From IMG/VR virus record IMGVR_UViG_3300025286_000007: a stretch of 64,000 bases of DNA. One strand, given 5' to 3'. Made by a program: the position numbers and the translations under genes. The stretch is from an uncultured virus (IMG/VR IMGVR_UViG_3300025286_000007). Lineage: Duplodnaviria > Heunggongvirae > Uroviricota > Caudoviricetes. Below, in pieces: positions 1 through 11,000 of the stretch (within the stretch, counting starts at the first letter, position 1; each line of letters opens with the position of its first letter). Under the pieces are notes generated by a model. The model worked only from the letters and a program-made list of their open reading frames with translations. It searched no databases and was not told the DNA's origin.

Positions 1-14
1 ACGGCACGGGCGTT

Positions 15-1124
15 GTGGTCGGTCACACGGCGCAGGTTTCTAGTGGTGGCGGTGGGGACGCTCCAGAGGTGCAGATCCTGGGCACGGCTGGGCCGGACTC
101 CTCCTTGCAGATAGGCAGGTGGAGTGCCAACGCATCAGGCCCATCGTTGAGGTTCGTCAAGAGCCGTGACCCAGCAATCGCTGATGGCTCTTTTGCCATC
201 GTCGCTGATGGTGACGATTGTGGGCAAATCGCCTTCCTCGCTGATGATGGCACCGATTTTGGCTCTACCGTAGCGGACATTCTGGCTGAGATAGACGGGA
301 CGCCAGGGGAGAATGACACCCCTGGACGTATACTTTTCCGCACAACTTCGGATGGGCAGCAGGGAGTCACCGAGCGGATGCGTCTCGACAACGGCGGTGT
401 CCTGCTACTTAACGATACAGCCACAGCAGACGTAACCACCGGTATCTGCATCAACCAGGCAAGCGCCGACGATGGGATGCTCGTCTTTAAGTCTTCCGAT
501 ATCAACCATGCGTTCACCGATTTAGTAGAAGCCGATACCGCAGGGATCATTACTAAGGCAAACGCAGCCGAGGGCGGCATCCTCATTGATGGATTCACTG
601 AGGTTGGTGCCCGGGACGCGGTGCATATCCGCGGATCGGTTACCAGCGAAGATACCTCGAAATCCATATCTAGGTTCGGCCCGATTGTTCTCAGCGGTGC
701 TTATCTGGACGGTAATACTAGAGGGGATTTGCCTAGCGATGCCAATATCGTGGCTATCAGGAACAACGGTACGACTAGGTTTCTATTCGATGCTGAGGGG
801 GACAGCCATCAGGATGTTGGGACGGCCTGGACAAATTTCGATGACTACGATGACGTTGGTCTACTCCACGCGTTGGCTGCAGGGGTCAGCCAAGAAGTTG
901 ATCCTATTCGTGCCCAGTTCGGCCAGTTGCTCGATGATCACCGAGAGTTTCTGGAGGAGCATAAGCTCGTCACCTTTAACGATGACGGCCATCATTTCAT
1001 TAACTGGAGTCGCACCAACATGCTGGTCATCGGCGCAGTTCGGCAACAGGCAGAATATCTTGCGGAGTTAGGGGCAAAGCTTGAAATTGCAGAGCGGAAG
1101 CTTGCAGCCCTGGGAGTAGCATAA
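15..1124 (+). CDS. Tail fibre/spike protein, C-terminal part (probably 5'-truncated by the window edge)
   Basis: G/D/T-rich beta-repeat sequence typical of phage fibres (GRILFRTTSDG..TERMRLD), coiled-coil C-terminus; visibly GC-richer than the rest of the window. Confidence 0.65.
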   Translation: MVGHTAQVSSGGGGDAPEVQILGTAGPDSSLQIGRWSANASGPSLRFVKSRDPAIADGSFAIVADGDDCGQIAFLADDGTDFGSTVADILAEIDGTPGENDTPGRILFRTTSDGQQGVTERMRLDNGGVLLLNDTATADVTTGICINQASADDGMLVFKSSDINHAFTDLVEADTAGIITKANAAEGGILIDGFTEVGARDAVHIRGSVTSEDTSKSISRFGPIVLSGAYLDGNTRGDLPSDANIVAIRNNGTTRFLFDAEGDSHQDVGTAWTNFDDYDDVGLLHALAAGVSQEVDPIRAQFGQLLDDHREFLEEHKLVTFNDDGHHFINWSRTNMLVIGAVRQQAEYLAELGAKLEIAERKLAALGVA

Positions 1125-1393
1125 TGGCAGGTATTACGGCTCCACTAACGACCGCTATGAAAGTCGATGCGAAGGCGGCTCTTGCGGCTCTTGGGCGCAC
1201 GGGCACCTCGTATTCAGCCCGTGAACTGCGTCACTTTGTAATCCAATGGCTCGTCAGTACTGGCTTGAGCAAGAACCAAGCAATTGCGTCATCCACAGGG
1301 CAACGGTGGTTCACGGTCGGGGCGAACGTGATCGATGGTGTTTTTGCCAGTGTGACCAACGCTCAAATCAACGTGGAAACTGGATTGGATTAG
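1124..1393 (+). CDS. Small hypothetical protein, possibly fibre-associated
   Basis: TAATG stop/start overlap with the fibre gene; same high-GC block. Confidence 0.6.
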   Translation: MAGITAPLTTAMKVDAKAALAALGRTGTSYSARELRHFVIQWLVSTGLSKNQAIASSTGQRWFTVGANVIDGVFASVTNAQINVETGLD

Positions 1394-1508
1394 TATGGCC
1401 GAACAACTATTGATAGGTGTTGGTCTGGCTGAAATATTTAGAAATGTACAAAATGTGGTATAATATAGAGGGCTCAAAGTAAGACTAAGTATAGTTAAGG
1501 AGGAAAGT

Positions 1509-1766
1509 ATGGTAGAGGTGGATATACAAGCCGATTTGAATATAATAAATGATCAAATAACAAAGATGGTGGAGGAACTAAATAAAATAACAGTGACTAG
1601 GGATCAAATGATTCAACAGATTCAAAATATAAATGGTGTAGCTATGTATCTAAGAGGAAAACTTCCCCAAGAACAACAAAAACAAGGTGTTGCGGAGGTA
1701 GAGACCTCTGTTAAAGATACTAGTGTGGAAGAGGATAACATTACTCGAAAAGTTGAATATCCTTAA
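1509..1766 (+). CDS. Hypothetical coiled-coil protein
   Basis: AAGGAGG RBS; heptad pattern. Confidence 0.7.
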   Translation: MVEVDIQADLNIINDQITKMVEELNKITVTRDQMIQQIQNINGVAMYLRGKLPQEQQKQGVAEVETSVKDTSVEEDNITRKVEYP

Positions 1767-1782
1767 GTAATGGAGAATATAA

Positions 1783-2910
1783 ATGGCAGGAATAGGCTGG
1801 GAATTTAAAAAAATATTTAATTGGGATGGCGTAGGCACATCTAGTAGTGATTATACTGATGTAACTTTCGAGGCACAAACTCCAGCAGGAACACCCTTTA
1901 CACTTTTTAATAGTAGTGCCCATTATCTCTATTTAGGACATAGCCAAAAATTTGATATGGCTATGTTTGATGTAGATACGGCTGGAAGTTTGGGTGCCTT
2001 AACATGGGAATATAGTAATGGTAGTAATTTCACAGAATTTATACCAGCCTCAGCTAGATTTGCTATAGACCCAGATGATAATGAGGGTACGCAATACGCA
2101 TTCGATAAAGATGGGGCTGAAATATTTCCAATGAATTTGTTAGAGGATTGGGCAACATTAACTATAAATAGTTCAAACATATATTGGATTAGAGTTACAG
2201 CAGCTAGTGTGTCAACTGCACCTACAATTAAAAGAATTCAATGTAGACCTTTTGCGATATATACTACGAGTAAACTTGTCTTTGAATTATTGCAATTAAA
2301 AAATGTAACAGGAACTACGGATTTTACAACTAGTACGATTCCTTCTAAAGAAACAGTAGATTTCTTTATCAATGAATCGCAAGCTTATATTGATATGAAT
2401 ACTCGCAAATCGTGGAGACCAAATATAGTCTATGATGAGTATCACGAATTTAATTTGAATGGATTTAAACTTGAGATGCCAAATGCTCAACGTGTTCTAA
2501 GTGTAAAAGTTTGGAATGGAGCAAGTTGGGACGCAAAAGAACAAGGAAGAGCGAAAGATTTTTTCTTAGTACCAACTACAGGAATGGTTCAATTTAGTCG
2601 GTACTTTCTTTTACCAGCTAGATTTACAAGTTACAATGCACCAGTGTGGAGATGGGGTGGGGGAGAATTTACAATGCCGGTTAAAGTAACGTATTTAGCT
2701 GGACGAGATATTAATACAGATATTGTACAGGCTGGTATAATTCAGGAAGTCTGTAAAAAGATGGTTGCTATAGATGTGATGCGAAATGCAGATTTCGGAA
2801 ACACAGTTGTTAGTGGTATGGATAGAGTTAGTATGGAATCTAGAATTCAAGGCTGGCAGGAAGAAATTGAGGATAGATTGGACTTCTTGACAGCGTTTGA
2901 GGTATTTTAA
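1783..2910 (+). CDS. Virion structural protein, probable head-tail adaptor/connector with an N-terminal beta domain
   Basis: GGAG RBS; C-terminal half resembles connector proteins (FINESQAYID..., VKVTYLAG, IQEVCKKMVA); sits at the start of the tail module. Confidence 0.55.
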   Translation: MAGIGWEFKKIFNWDGVGTSSSDYTDVTFEAQTPAGTPFTLFNSSAHYLYLGHSQKFDMAMFDVDTAGSLGALTWEYSNGSNFTEFIPASARFAIDPDDNEGTQYAFDKDGAEIFPMNLLEDWATLTINSSNIYWIRVTAASVSTAPTIKRIQCRPFAIYTTSKLVFELLQLKNVTGTTDFTTSTIPSKETVDFFINESQAYIDMNTRKSWRPNIVYDEYHEFNLNGFKLEMPNAQRVLSVKVWNGASWDAKEQGRAKDFFLVPTTGMVQFSRYFLLPARFTSYNAPVWRWGGGEFTMPVKVTYLAGRDINTDIVQAGIIQEVCKKMVAIDVMRNADFGNTVVSGMDRVSMESRIQGWQEEIEDRLDFLTAFEVF

Positions 2911-3360
2911 ATGCCTACTGAGCCAGTTCCTATAAATGAATTTATTGTAGAATTGGAAGATCAGTGGACATACTCAAATGTTTCTGGCACCTCTGCAAAA
3001 CCGGCTTTTGTAGAAGTTACAGGTGCTAGTGAACCTATGAGATTTGATTTAAATTATAATGATCATTTTGTGGGTAGGGCCGGAAGTCCAGCAATAGAGG
3101 AAGAGCCTATAGGAAACTGGAAATATGGGAATAGAACATATAATTTAGATATAGAGGTGTATACATTAACTAGTAGACAGAGACTGTATGATTTAGTAAG
3201 AGAATTACGCCGTATTTGTCATAGTAGAATACATTCTTTGACTAATTTTCAACGGCAAAGGTTTGTCAATTTTCAAGAATTAACACAGGAACAAGCTAAT
3301 GTCTGGGCAGGAACCATAACTGTAACATTAGAAAATAATGCGATTTTATTAGAAACTTAG
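2911..3360 (+). CDS. Probable tail terminator/completion protein
   Basis: 149 aa, directly upstream of the tail tube gene (synteny). Confidence 0.5.
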   Translation: MPTEPVPINEFIVELEDQWTYSNVSGTSAKPAFVEVTGASEPMRFDLNYNDHFVGRAGSPAIEEEPIGNWKYGNRTYNLDIEVYTLTSRQRLYDLVRELRRICHSRIHSLTNFQRQRFVNFQELTQEQANVWAGTITVTLENNAILLET

Positions 3361-3368
3361 TTGTTTAA

Positions 3369-3377
3369 TAGTATAAT
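3369..3377 (+). promoter_or_regulatory. Putative late promoter TAGTATAAT without a -35 box
   Basis: The same 9-mer recurs upstream of many operons (see findings). Confidence 0.6.
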
Positions 3378-3409
3378 ATATAAGAAGGTCTTTATGAGGG
3401 AGGGCAATC

Positions 3410-5263
3410 ATGGCAATTTATAGGTCTGATCAGGCAACAGTCACCTTTGCACCAGAAGTGGGGCAGGGTGGCTATATGGAAGCGGGAGACTCTGCTTCGT
3501 TTGCAAGTACTGGTCTTGGCATTTCTACGGCAGTAAAGCCTGGAGACAGGACAGTTACTTTAACTGGTGCGTTTAATCCAAGCAGCGGAGCCAATCTTAA
3601 AACATTTATAATAATAGGAAACGATACTTATCTCAGTGGCCCTAAAGAGATGCGTCGAGTCGTTGCAGGATTTAACACGGCTACAGTAACTGTGGATACT
3701 CCATTTGGTTTCCCCCATCCAGCAATTAGTGCTGCAGCGAACTTGGTCGAATATCTGAATACTGCAGCCGATGCTACAGCAGACACTGTTACGACTGACG
3801 ATAAAGGTAAATTTATTACGTGGCTACCGGGTGTCTACGAGTCAGTTGATTGCCCTGACCCAGAACAAGCCTTTGAGCCGCGTTATATTCTAGGAAATCT
3901 AACGAATCGAAACTTCTACCAGATGTATGCAGGACAGGAAACTCTGTCTGGGTCTATTGGTGGAATGATAATGCTCAATGGTTTTCCTCTACGGTTTCCT
4001 GTTGGTAGAGTTGTAACAACTCCTGTAACCGGAGGTTCTGACACAGGATTTCAGCTAGACGGGGCTGCTAAAGCTGGAGATACTTTTATACATGTTGATC
4101 GAGGGGCTGGAGCCGCTTCTATAGCGGCAGGGAGTTATGTATTGCTTGGTGTTCCCGATGGTAAAACAGCACCTAGTGGAAGTTCCCATGATCAAGCTGG
4201 AGCTAACGGTATTCATTCGGGTACGACGTTTGGCGTTGCTGCGGGTGACAAAGTAGTGTATGAAATTAAACAGGTTGTAACTGCAATTAGTAGTTCTGCT
4301 GACGCTACTCTGCATATTTGGCCCCCACTAACATATGATCATGTAGATGACGAGGATGTATATGCTGTTACGGTAAGTGCTTCTACAGAGTTCTTACATT
4401 CGATTTATGAACAGGTCGCATTGACTCCTGTTACTTGGAACGTATCTATTGTAGATGATGCCAATACTAATATATGGCAACGAAGATATGTAGGTGGGAA
4501 GATTGGTAGTATGACTCTATCGGCTGAGGCCGGAGGACTTTTAACAGGCGGTTGGGACGGAGTGAACTTCCTAGATATGGTACATAATGTAAAATCTCAT
4601 CCATCATTGCCAGCAAACCAACCAATGCCTAGATATACATCAATGCAAAGTATTACGTCTAGTAAAGTAGGAAAATATAATAGTAGTGGGACATTTGACA
4701 GACCTTCCACGGCACCATATTATTTCTCGCAGGGAGAAATAAGGATGTTTAATGTAGCCGCTGCTAGTGGAACAGCACTGGCTAGATTACAAAGCTTTAA
4801 TTTATCTATTAGTAATAGTCCTGAACCTAAATATTATGTAGGGGCACAATATGACGGTAGAAGGGCACCTAAAGAGCAGTTTGAAGGAAACCGAGAGTAT
4901 ACTATGTCTGCTACTCTAGCAACCAATGATTCTGTTAATAAGGGCACTGAAGATGTTGCTGATCTATTTAGAGAGTTGTTATTGGCTGGTGATTATCGAG
5001 GTGGTACTGCCTTTAAAGGCTTTGGTATAGAATTAACATTTATACGAGACTTAGCTACTCTTAATGAATCCACAGAAAAAGATTATATCAAGATTACTAT
5101 ACCAAATGATGGTACGGCTGCCCAAGGAGGAAACGAACAAGGAGCGTTTATCAGAACTGCTCCACATCATTTAGGTGATACAAATCCAATTTCGGCAGAT
5201 GCGGATATTGTATTTAGGAGTATGAAAATAGACATTAGGGATTACGAACCGATATATCCATAG
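3410..5263 (+). CDS. Major tail tube protein with inserted beta domains
   Basis: Tube-like motifs (FEPRYILG, ETLSGSI, SFNLSISNS, GNREYTMSATL); followed by chaperone and tape measure genes. Confidence 0.7.
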   Translation: MAIYRSDQATVTFAPEVGQGGYMEAGDSASFASTGLGISTAVKPGDRTVTLTGAFNPSSGANLKTFIIIGNDTYLSGPKEMRRVVAGFNTATVTVDTPFGFPHPAISAAANLVEYLNTAADATADTVTTDDKGKFITWLPGVYESVDCPDPEQAFEPRYILGNLTNRNFYQMYAGQETLSGSIGGMIMLNGFPLRFPVGRVVTTPVTGGSDTGFQLDGAAKAGDTFIHVDRGAGAASIAAGSYVLLGVPDGKTAPSGSSHDQAGANGIHSGTTFGVAAGDKVVYEIKQVVTAISSSADATLHIWPPLTYDHVDDEDVYAVTVSASTEFLHSIYEQVALTPVTWNVSIVDDANTNIWQRRYVGGKIGSMTLSAEAGGLLTGGWDGVNFLDMVHNVKSHPSLPANQPMPRYTSMQSITSSKVGKYNSSGTFDRPSTAPYYFSQGEIRMFNVAAASGTALARLQSFNLSISNSPEPKYYVGAQYDGRRAPKEQFEGNREYTMSATLATNDSVNKGTEDVADLFRELLLAGDYRGGTAFKGFGIELTFIRDLATLNESTEKDYIKITIPNDGTAAQGGNEQGAFIRTAPHHLGDTNPISADADIVFRSMKIDIRDYEPIYP

Positions 5264-5274
5264 AAGGAGGACAT

Positions 5275-5670
5275 ATGACAGTAAGTAGTGAAAGTAAAGT
5301 AAAGGCGGTATTCGATTATAACAAATATTTAATATCACATGATCCAGAAATACGAACTCTTGAAATTTCCGGAACTGGCGAATCCTTTGAAGTGTCAGTA
5401 AAACAAATTTCGTGGAGTAAACGAAATCAGATAATTTCTAAGAATCTTCATTGGGATAGTACAGGAAATACAAGTTTTAGTGCTGATGGTTATGTAAGAG
5501 ATTGTTTGAAGGAGATTATAGTAGAGGCTCCATGGGGACGAACCACGGAAACTCTTCTTCTTTCTTTTGATGATCGGTTGGGAACGGCTTTAGAAACTCT
5601 CGTTCCTAAAGCTTTTGGTGAAGGTGTGGATGATACAATAGACTCAGGAGTAATAAAAAAAGAGCAATGA
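5275..5670 (+). CDS. Tail assembly chaperone (gpG-like)
   Basis: Between tube and TMP genes; ends in slippery A AAA AAA G. Confidence 0.65.
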   Translation: MTVSSESKVKAVFDYNKYLISHDPEIRTLEISGTGESFEVSVKQISWSKRNQIISKNLHWDSTGNTSFSADGYVRDCLKEIIVEAPWGRTTETLLLSFDDRLGTALETLVPKAFGEGVDDTIDSGVIKKEQ

Positions 5671-5885
5671 CATATTTGAGGGGAGTGGCGAACCCTCATG
5701 ATCCAACAGAAGCCCTGGTGTTTTCATATTGGATAGTTGTAGTACAATTATTAAAACAGGGGATTCCGTGGGAGGCTATACAAAAATTTTCTGAAGAAGA
5801 GATTATTTTTCTTTTGGGGGTGCTTGCGGCATTTAGTCAAAAGGACGAAGAAGATCAACAGAGAGCCATGGCTGCAGCCCATTAA
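5667..5885 (+). CDS. Tail assembly chaperone frameshift extension (gpT-like)
   Basis: In the -1 frame of the upstream ORF and open from the slippery site at 5655-5661. Confidence 0.6.
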   Translation: MTYLRGVANPHDPTEALVFSYWIVVVQLLKQGIPWEAIQKFSEEEIIFLLGVLAAFSQKDEEDQQRAMAAAH

Positions 5886-5897
5886 AAGGAGTAAATT

Positions 5898-7421
5898 ATG
5901 CCAGCAGCAACACAAGTAGACGTTTTATTAAAATGGAACGGTGGCGGGGGCAGGTCTGGCCCAGACGCATCCGGTACCGGTTCTAAACCTGCTGCCAAAG
6001 ATACTGACAAGGGAGAAAAACCATCTGTCGATACTCCCATATTCAAGAAACTGCTTGGTGGTGTCGGGAAGTTTGTTAAAGGTCAACTAGGATTAAACTT
6101 TGGTGTTGGAGCCTTGCTTAAGCAGTCTCAGATATTCACTAGCACAATTGGTGTTATCTTCCAGCTACTTGGCGCATTAATTGACGTTATGTTAGCTCCC
6201 TTGCTTCCTATGGTTATGCCTCTAATACGTTGGTTAGCTAAGGGAATTCCATTAATGCAGCGGCTTATGCAGAACTGGATTGTTCCCCTAATAACGGGTA
6301 TTTCTGAGGTACTGAAGTCAGTGTGGGCGTGGGTCGACGGCTTTTTGTCTACGTGGGATGGAAGTCTAGAGATGCTTCTTGGGCCAGAAGGTATAGGTGG
6401 TTTAACAGATAAGTTTAGGGATTGGTGGAAGAGTACGGCTTCTCCGTGGCTTGGAGAGACACTTATAGATGTAAGGGATTCTATAGGACAAAAAATAGTC
6501 GATATATGGGAGTGGTTTAAAGGAACTGATACAAGAGTTAAAGGATGGATTATAGCATTCTTTATTACTCAAACTGGTAGATTATTAAAATGGTTGGTGA
6601 CGCTGCCGGTCTTTTTGCTTAAACTACTATTTAAGATACCGGGTTTCTTAGTTAAGATGACAAGTGGGCTAATCAAAATGATGTTTCCTTTTTTTGGTGG
6701 TATATTTGTAAGAGCTATTGGGGCGGTAAGTGGTTTCTTTACGAGTCTTGGTGGAAGGATAATAACTCCTATAAAGAAACTTCCGGAACTTATTTATAAG
6801 GGAGCCTTAAGTTTAATTTCGCTGATAATGAAGGGTCTAGGTGGAGTATTAGGAAAACTACCCTTTATTGGTGGTAAACTTGAAAAGATGCTTGGTGGTG
6901 TCTCGAAACTAGTTACTGCTGCTAAAAATCCTAAAGTATTAGCAAGTTCTATAGGTAAAGTATTGGGTGGAGGTAAACTTCTTACTGCACTAGGGGGAGT
7001 TGCTAAACTGACTAAAGCTATTCCAGTAGTAGGAGCCGTGGCTACAGCAGGATTTGGAGCGTATGAAGTTAGTAAAGCAGTTGCTTCTGGTGAATATGCA
7101 AAAGCAGGGGCACTAGCAACTAAGACGGTAATCGCTACAGGATTAACAGGTGTTGGCTTGTCTGGGTTAGGGTTAGCAACAGATGTTATAGGAACTCTGG
7201 CAGCGAGTCAGATAGGTAAGAAAACTAATGGAGCCGTACAAGCTATTAATGGGGGTGGTCTTCCAGGCTCTCCCCCCGTAGCTGGAGGAGACCTTACAGT
7301 AGCCTTGACTATAAATAACAATAGTGCTGCGGGGGTTACCCAAGAGCAAGTAACTCATGACCTGAAGGTGAAGGTTGCGGAAGGGGCAAGAATCGAAAAT
7401 GAATTTGGCAATGAACTTTAG
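5898..7421 (+). CDS. Tape measure protein (short, 507 aa)
   Basis: G/L/K-rich amphipathic helices with periodic W/F; follows the chaperone genes. Confidence 0.7.
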   Translation: MPAATQVDVLLKWNGGGGRSGPDASGTGSKPAAKDTDKGEKPSVDTPIFKKLLGGVGKFVKGQLGLNFGVGALLKQSQIFTSTIGVIFQLLGALIDVMLAPLLPMVMPLIRWLAKGIPLMQRLMQNWIVPLITGISEVLKSVWAWVDGFLSTWDGSLEMLLGPEGIGGLTDKFRDWWKSTASPWLGETLIDVRDSIGQKIVDIWEWFKGTDTRVKGWIIAFFITQTGRLLKWLVTLPVFLLKLLFKIPGFLVKMTSGLIKMMFPFFGGIFVRAIGAVSGFFTSLGGRIITPIKKLPELIYKGALSLISLIMKGLGGVLGKLPFIGGKLEKMLGGVSKLVTAAKNPKVLASSIGKVLGGGKLLTALGGVAKLTKAIPVVGAVATAGFGAYEVSKAVASGEYAKAGALATKTVIATGLTGVGLSGLGLATDVIGTLAASQIGKKTNGAVQAINGGGLPGSPPVAGGDLTVALTINNNSAAGVTQEQVTHDLKVKVAEGARIENEFGNEL

Positions 7422-7431
7422 GAGATAAGAA

Positions 7432-8007
7432 ATGGCCGAACCAGAAATTTCAGTATTATTAAGAACATGTAGTCATGAAGATATACCTAGTACTCCTACT
7501 ACTACTCTATTTGGATATGCTTTGAAATGTGACAATGTGTCTATTAGCTATACGAAAACGCCTATTCAAATTCCTATCCCTCAATCATCACCACAATTGA
7601 TTGATATTGGGGTATATAGACCATCTGTCAGTTTATCTGGTGTGATAGATACTATCGGTGGAAATACCTCTGAGACTACTTCGGGTTTTGAAGGAATGTC
7701 TTCATTCACGTATACTAGAGTATCAGGTTATGGAACTCAGAGTGATACTCCTGCTAAAAAATATTTTATACCATATAAAAATAAGATAGAGGATTTTGTA
7801 ACAGGAAAGATATACAGTGAGGAAAGTCCCTTAGAGTTAGAATGGGGAGATGCTTCCTTTCCTGTTTATGCGTCTTCAACCCATTCAACAGGGGGAGCAG
7901 TATATGAAGTAGCATTACAACAGTGTAGATTACAGGTTGATGCAACAAAAGAAGATAGATATACTTTTAGTATGCAGTTTGTTGTGACGAGCCGAAAGGA
8001 TAGTTAA
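7432..8007 (+). CDS. Probable distal tail (Dit-like) protein
   Basis: Follows TMP; beta-rich. Confidence 0.5.
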   Translation: MAEPEISVLLRTCSHEDIPSTPTTTLFGYALKCDNVSISYTKTPIQIPIPQSSPQLIDIGVYRPSVSLSGVIDTIGGNTSETTSGFEGMSSFTYTRVSGYGTQSDTPAKKYFIPYKNKIEDFVTGKIYSEESPLELEWGDASFPVYASSTHSTGGAVYEVALQQCRLQVDATKEDRYTFSMQFVVTSRKDS

Positions 8008-8009
8008 TC

Positions 8010-11000
8010 ATGGCAGTATCTATAGTTGAGTATTGGGATGGTGATTCTTGGGAACAAGCAAACACTAATGCTAGTGTAAGTGCGACTATTAGAGTAGATA
8101 TTGTTGATAAGTTAGGCAATCCAAGAGTTGCGAATATTACGTTAATGAATCCATCTGCCGAGCCTTTTGGTTCTGGTTCTGATAGATATGGCCCATTAAC
8201 TGGCGTGTTTTCAGATTTTACTCCTGTAAGAATTATTGAAAGTAATTCTAAAGTAGTGCTTTTTGCTGGTAAAGTATATTCATCTAACCAAGAGTATGAT
8301 AAAGCTTTTGGACAGGTTATTAAAGTCTATGCTAGGGATAATCTTGCTGAATTAGCGGATATACCTACAGACGATAAAACGAAGTTTATAAGTAGTGATA
8401 GTACTGTTAATACAAGAAGCGAAATGATTCAGAAAATAATCCGTGATTCAGCTTCTGATCCACACAGTTCTTCATTAATGATTAGTACAGCTAATATTCT
8501 TACCAATGACACACAAAAATTTGAGACTAGTGGAAAAACATTATCTACAGGAACAAAATTTGATGTTTCTTCTATGGGAAAACAGGGCTTAAAAGTTATA
8601 GCTGAAATAGCTAACAATGATGCACATGAAACTTCTAGTCCTGTGAAAGATTTTGGATATGATTATTATGTAGATACTCAATTTGAATATCCAGGTGGAT
8701 CAGATAATCCAGCAGCAGACTTTAACTATTTTAAACGAGGGACTAGAACAACTTTTGAAAGTACTGCATCTAATTTTAAAGGATTAACAATTGAATATCC
8801 AGTAGTTGCTTTTACAAAAACAGGTATTAAAGTACCCATGCTTCCAGATTATGATTTTAATAAACCCTCAAGCGATATGTATACCGGCGCAATTGTAGTT
8901 TTGAGAAGTGATATTAAAGATGCTGATGGAGCAACCTTTGATCATAACACTGCTCTTGAATTCGAGGTTCTAGAAGGTACACCTAGTGCTGCTTTTATTC
9001 ATGCCGATCCTACTATTAGTACATCTGCATGGGAAGGGAAAAAATTCGCACGAGTTGGAGATGTATCTACTCCTGCCCTTAAGTTCGCTGATTATCTATG
9101 GAAATTAGGGGTGAACACAGATACAACTGCAAATCTAAATGGTGCTATTAATGACAGTGTTACAACACTAACTATTGAGGAAACCGGGACTGCTGGTGAT
9201 GCTGCCTTTAAAACTGGTCAAATAATAATGATAACTACTGGCGGCAACTCAGAAAATATGTATGTTACTGCTGTAAATAGTAATACTGAAATAGAAGTTA
9301 TTAGAGGATGGGGAAGTACTCATTCTGATTATTCAGTAGCAGTGGCACATGATGACGATGATACTATATATAGACATCCTATAGTAGGTAGGCTACAATA
9401 TCAAAGCACAAATTCTGGTGCTGGGTATATTCTTATTTCTTTTGAAAGAGATACAGTTAGTGATGTTTCGATTAATACACAGAAAAAAGAGTTTGAGAGC
9501 ATTGCTACCGGGAGTAGTGAGATTACTTTAACGAATGGTAATCAACATTTTGACTTTACTCCATCTACTGGTAGACCCAAGGTAAACTACGGAATAAATA
9601 GACCTTTAAGAATTACCGGTAATGATATTAAAAATGTGGATGCTGCACGAGAACGAATAGCGTCATCTTTATCTAGAGTTAAATTGACACGGACTGAATG
9701 CGTAGTAAGTACGCTACCTCCTCCGTTTACCTATCTTGCCACTGGCGTTGCTTCTATCACTTCTGGTACTGTTGTAGTATTGGATGATAATGCATATTTA
9801 TATGGGGCACGAATAGGAATGACAATAGCTAAGGTAAATTCTGCTGGTGTTGTAACAGCTTATGGTTATATAACAACTATTAGTGGGGCAACTGTTACGA
9901 CAGCACGGGGATTAAATACTGGAAGTTGGTCAGGTTATGACGGAGATATTAGAGTTTATATTCCTGTTAGAGCAGGACATTATATACGGGTTAACAACAT
10001 ATTAGTTAATTTTGAAGGATATATGTTTGTTCAGGAAATAACCTATACAGAACAAGCTGGGGCGCAATTAACTATGTATAAAGGTACAGGAGTTAATACT
10101 GCTGGAACTAATTCTATAGGGATTGGTACTACCTATTCAATAGTAACCGCTATTGAAGGAGAGGCACAGAAATATCCTAGAATTACGAATGTGCCTATGG
10201 GAGGGTTGGGCTGGACGTTTAGACCCACTTCTACTACTGATACAGCATCCTTCTCACCTACGGATAGAATTACCATTGCATGGACAGGTGGGGAGTTTAT
10301 TATTGGAGGAATGAAGAGGTATAAAATAGTTGCCGGTAATAGTGGTGGTCTGGTTACCACAGAGGATTCTAATACAACTTTTCCATATCTCCATAAAATT
10401 GTTTTTGATCCAGATCAAACACCAGATTCTAATGGAGCTTTTACATTTGAAGTATTTACAGAGCAAGCTGGTGTTACATCTGGAGTAACTACTTTTTATC
10501 CTGATATGGATTATATAATCTTAGGCCATTGTAGGGCAGCGAAAACTTCTACTGGTTTGGCAACCCTAATTTTTGATGGTACAGGCACAGGAATGTTTGG
10601 TGGTAAAAGTGGAACTGGTGAGGATGCTTTTTCCGCAGCCTTATTTAAGAAGAGTTTACAACCATATACAACCAATATGAATCTTTTTGTGGGTAATAGT
10701 TCTGCAGCTAATAAACAAAGATATATTCATGCGACTGCTGGTGTTGCTGGGACTAGTACAAGCGGAACCATTAGTTTTGCTGATAATACGACTATTGCTC
10801 TAGAATATAATAATTCACTTGATTTAGGTACGGTAGATAATACTGTTTATTATATATATTATAAATTAGTTAATTCAGGTAATACTGAAACGTCGGATTT
10901 TACTGATGTTGATGCTGCTGAAATAGAACGTACTACTACTTATAGTGATGCTACCTCTGATTCTAGAGGACTATTAGCTATTTGTAGTACTGGTGATGTA

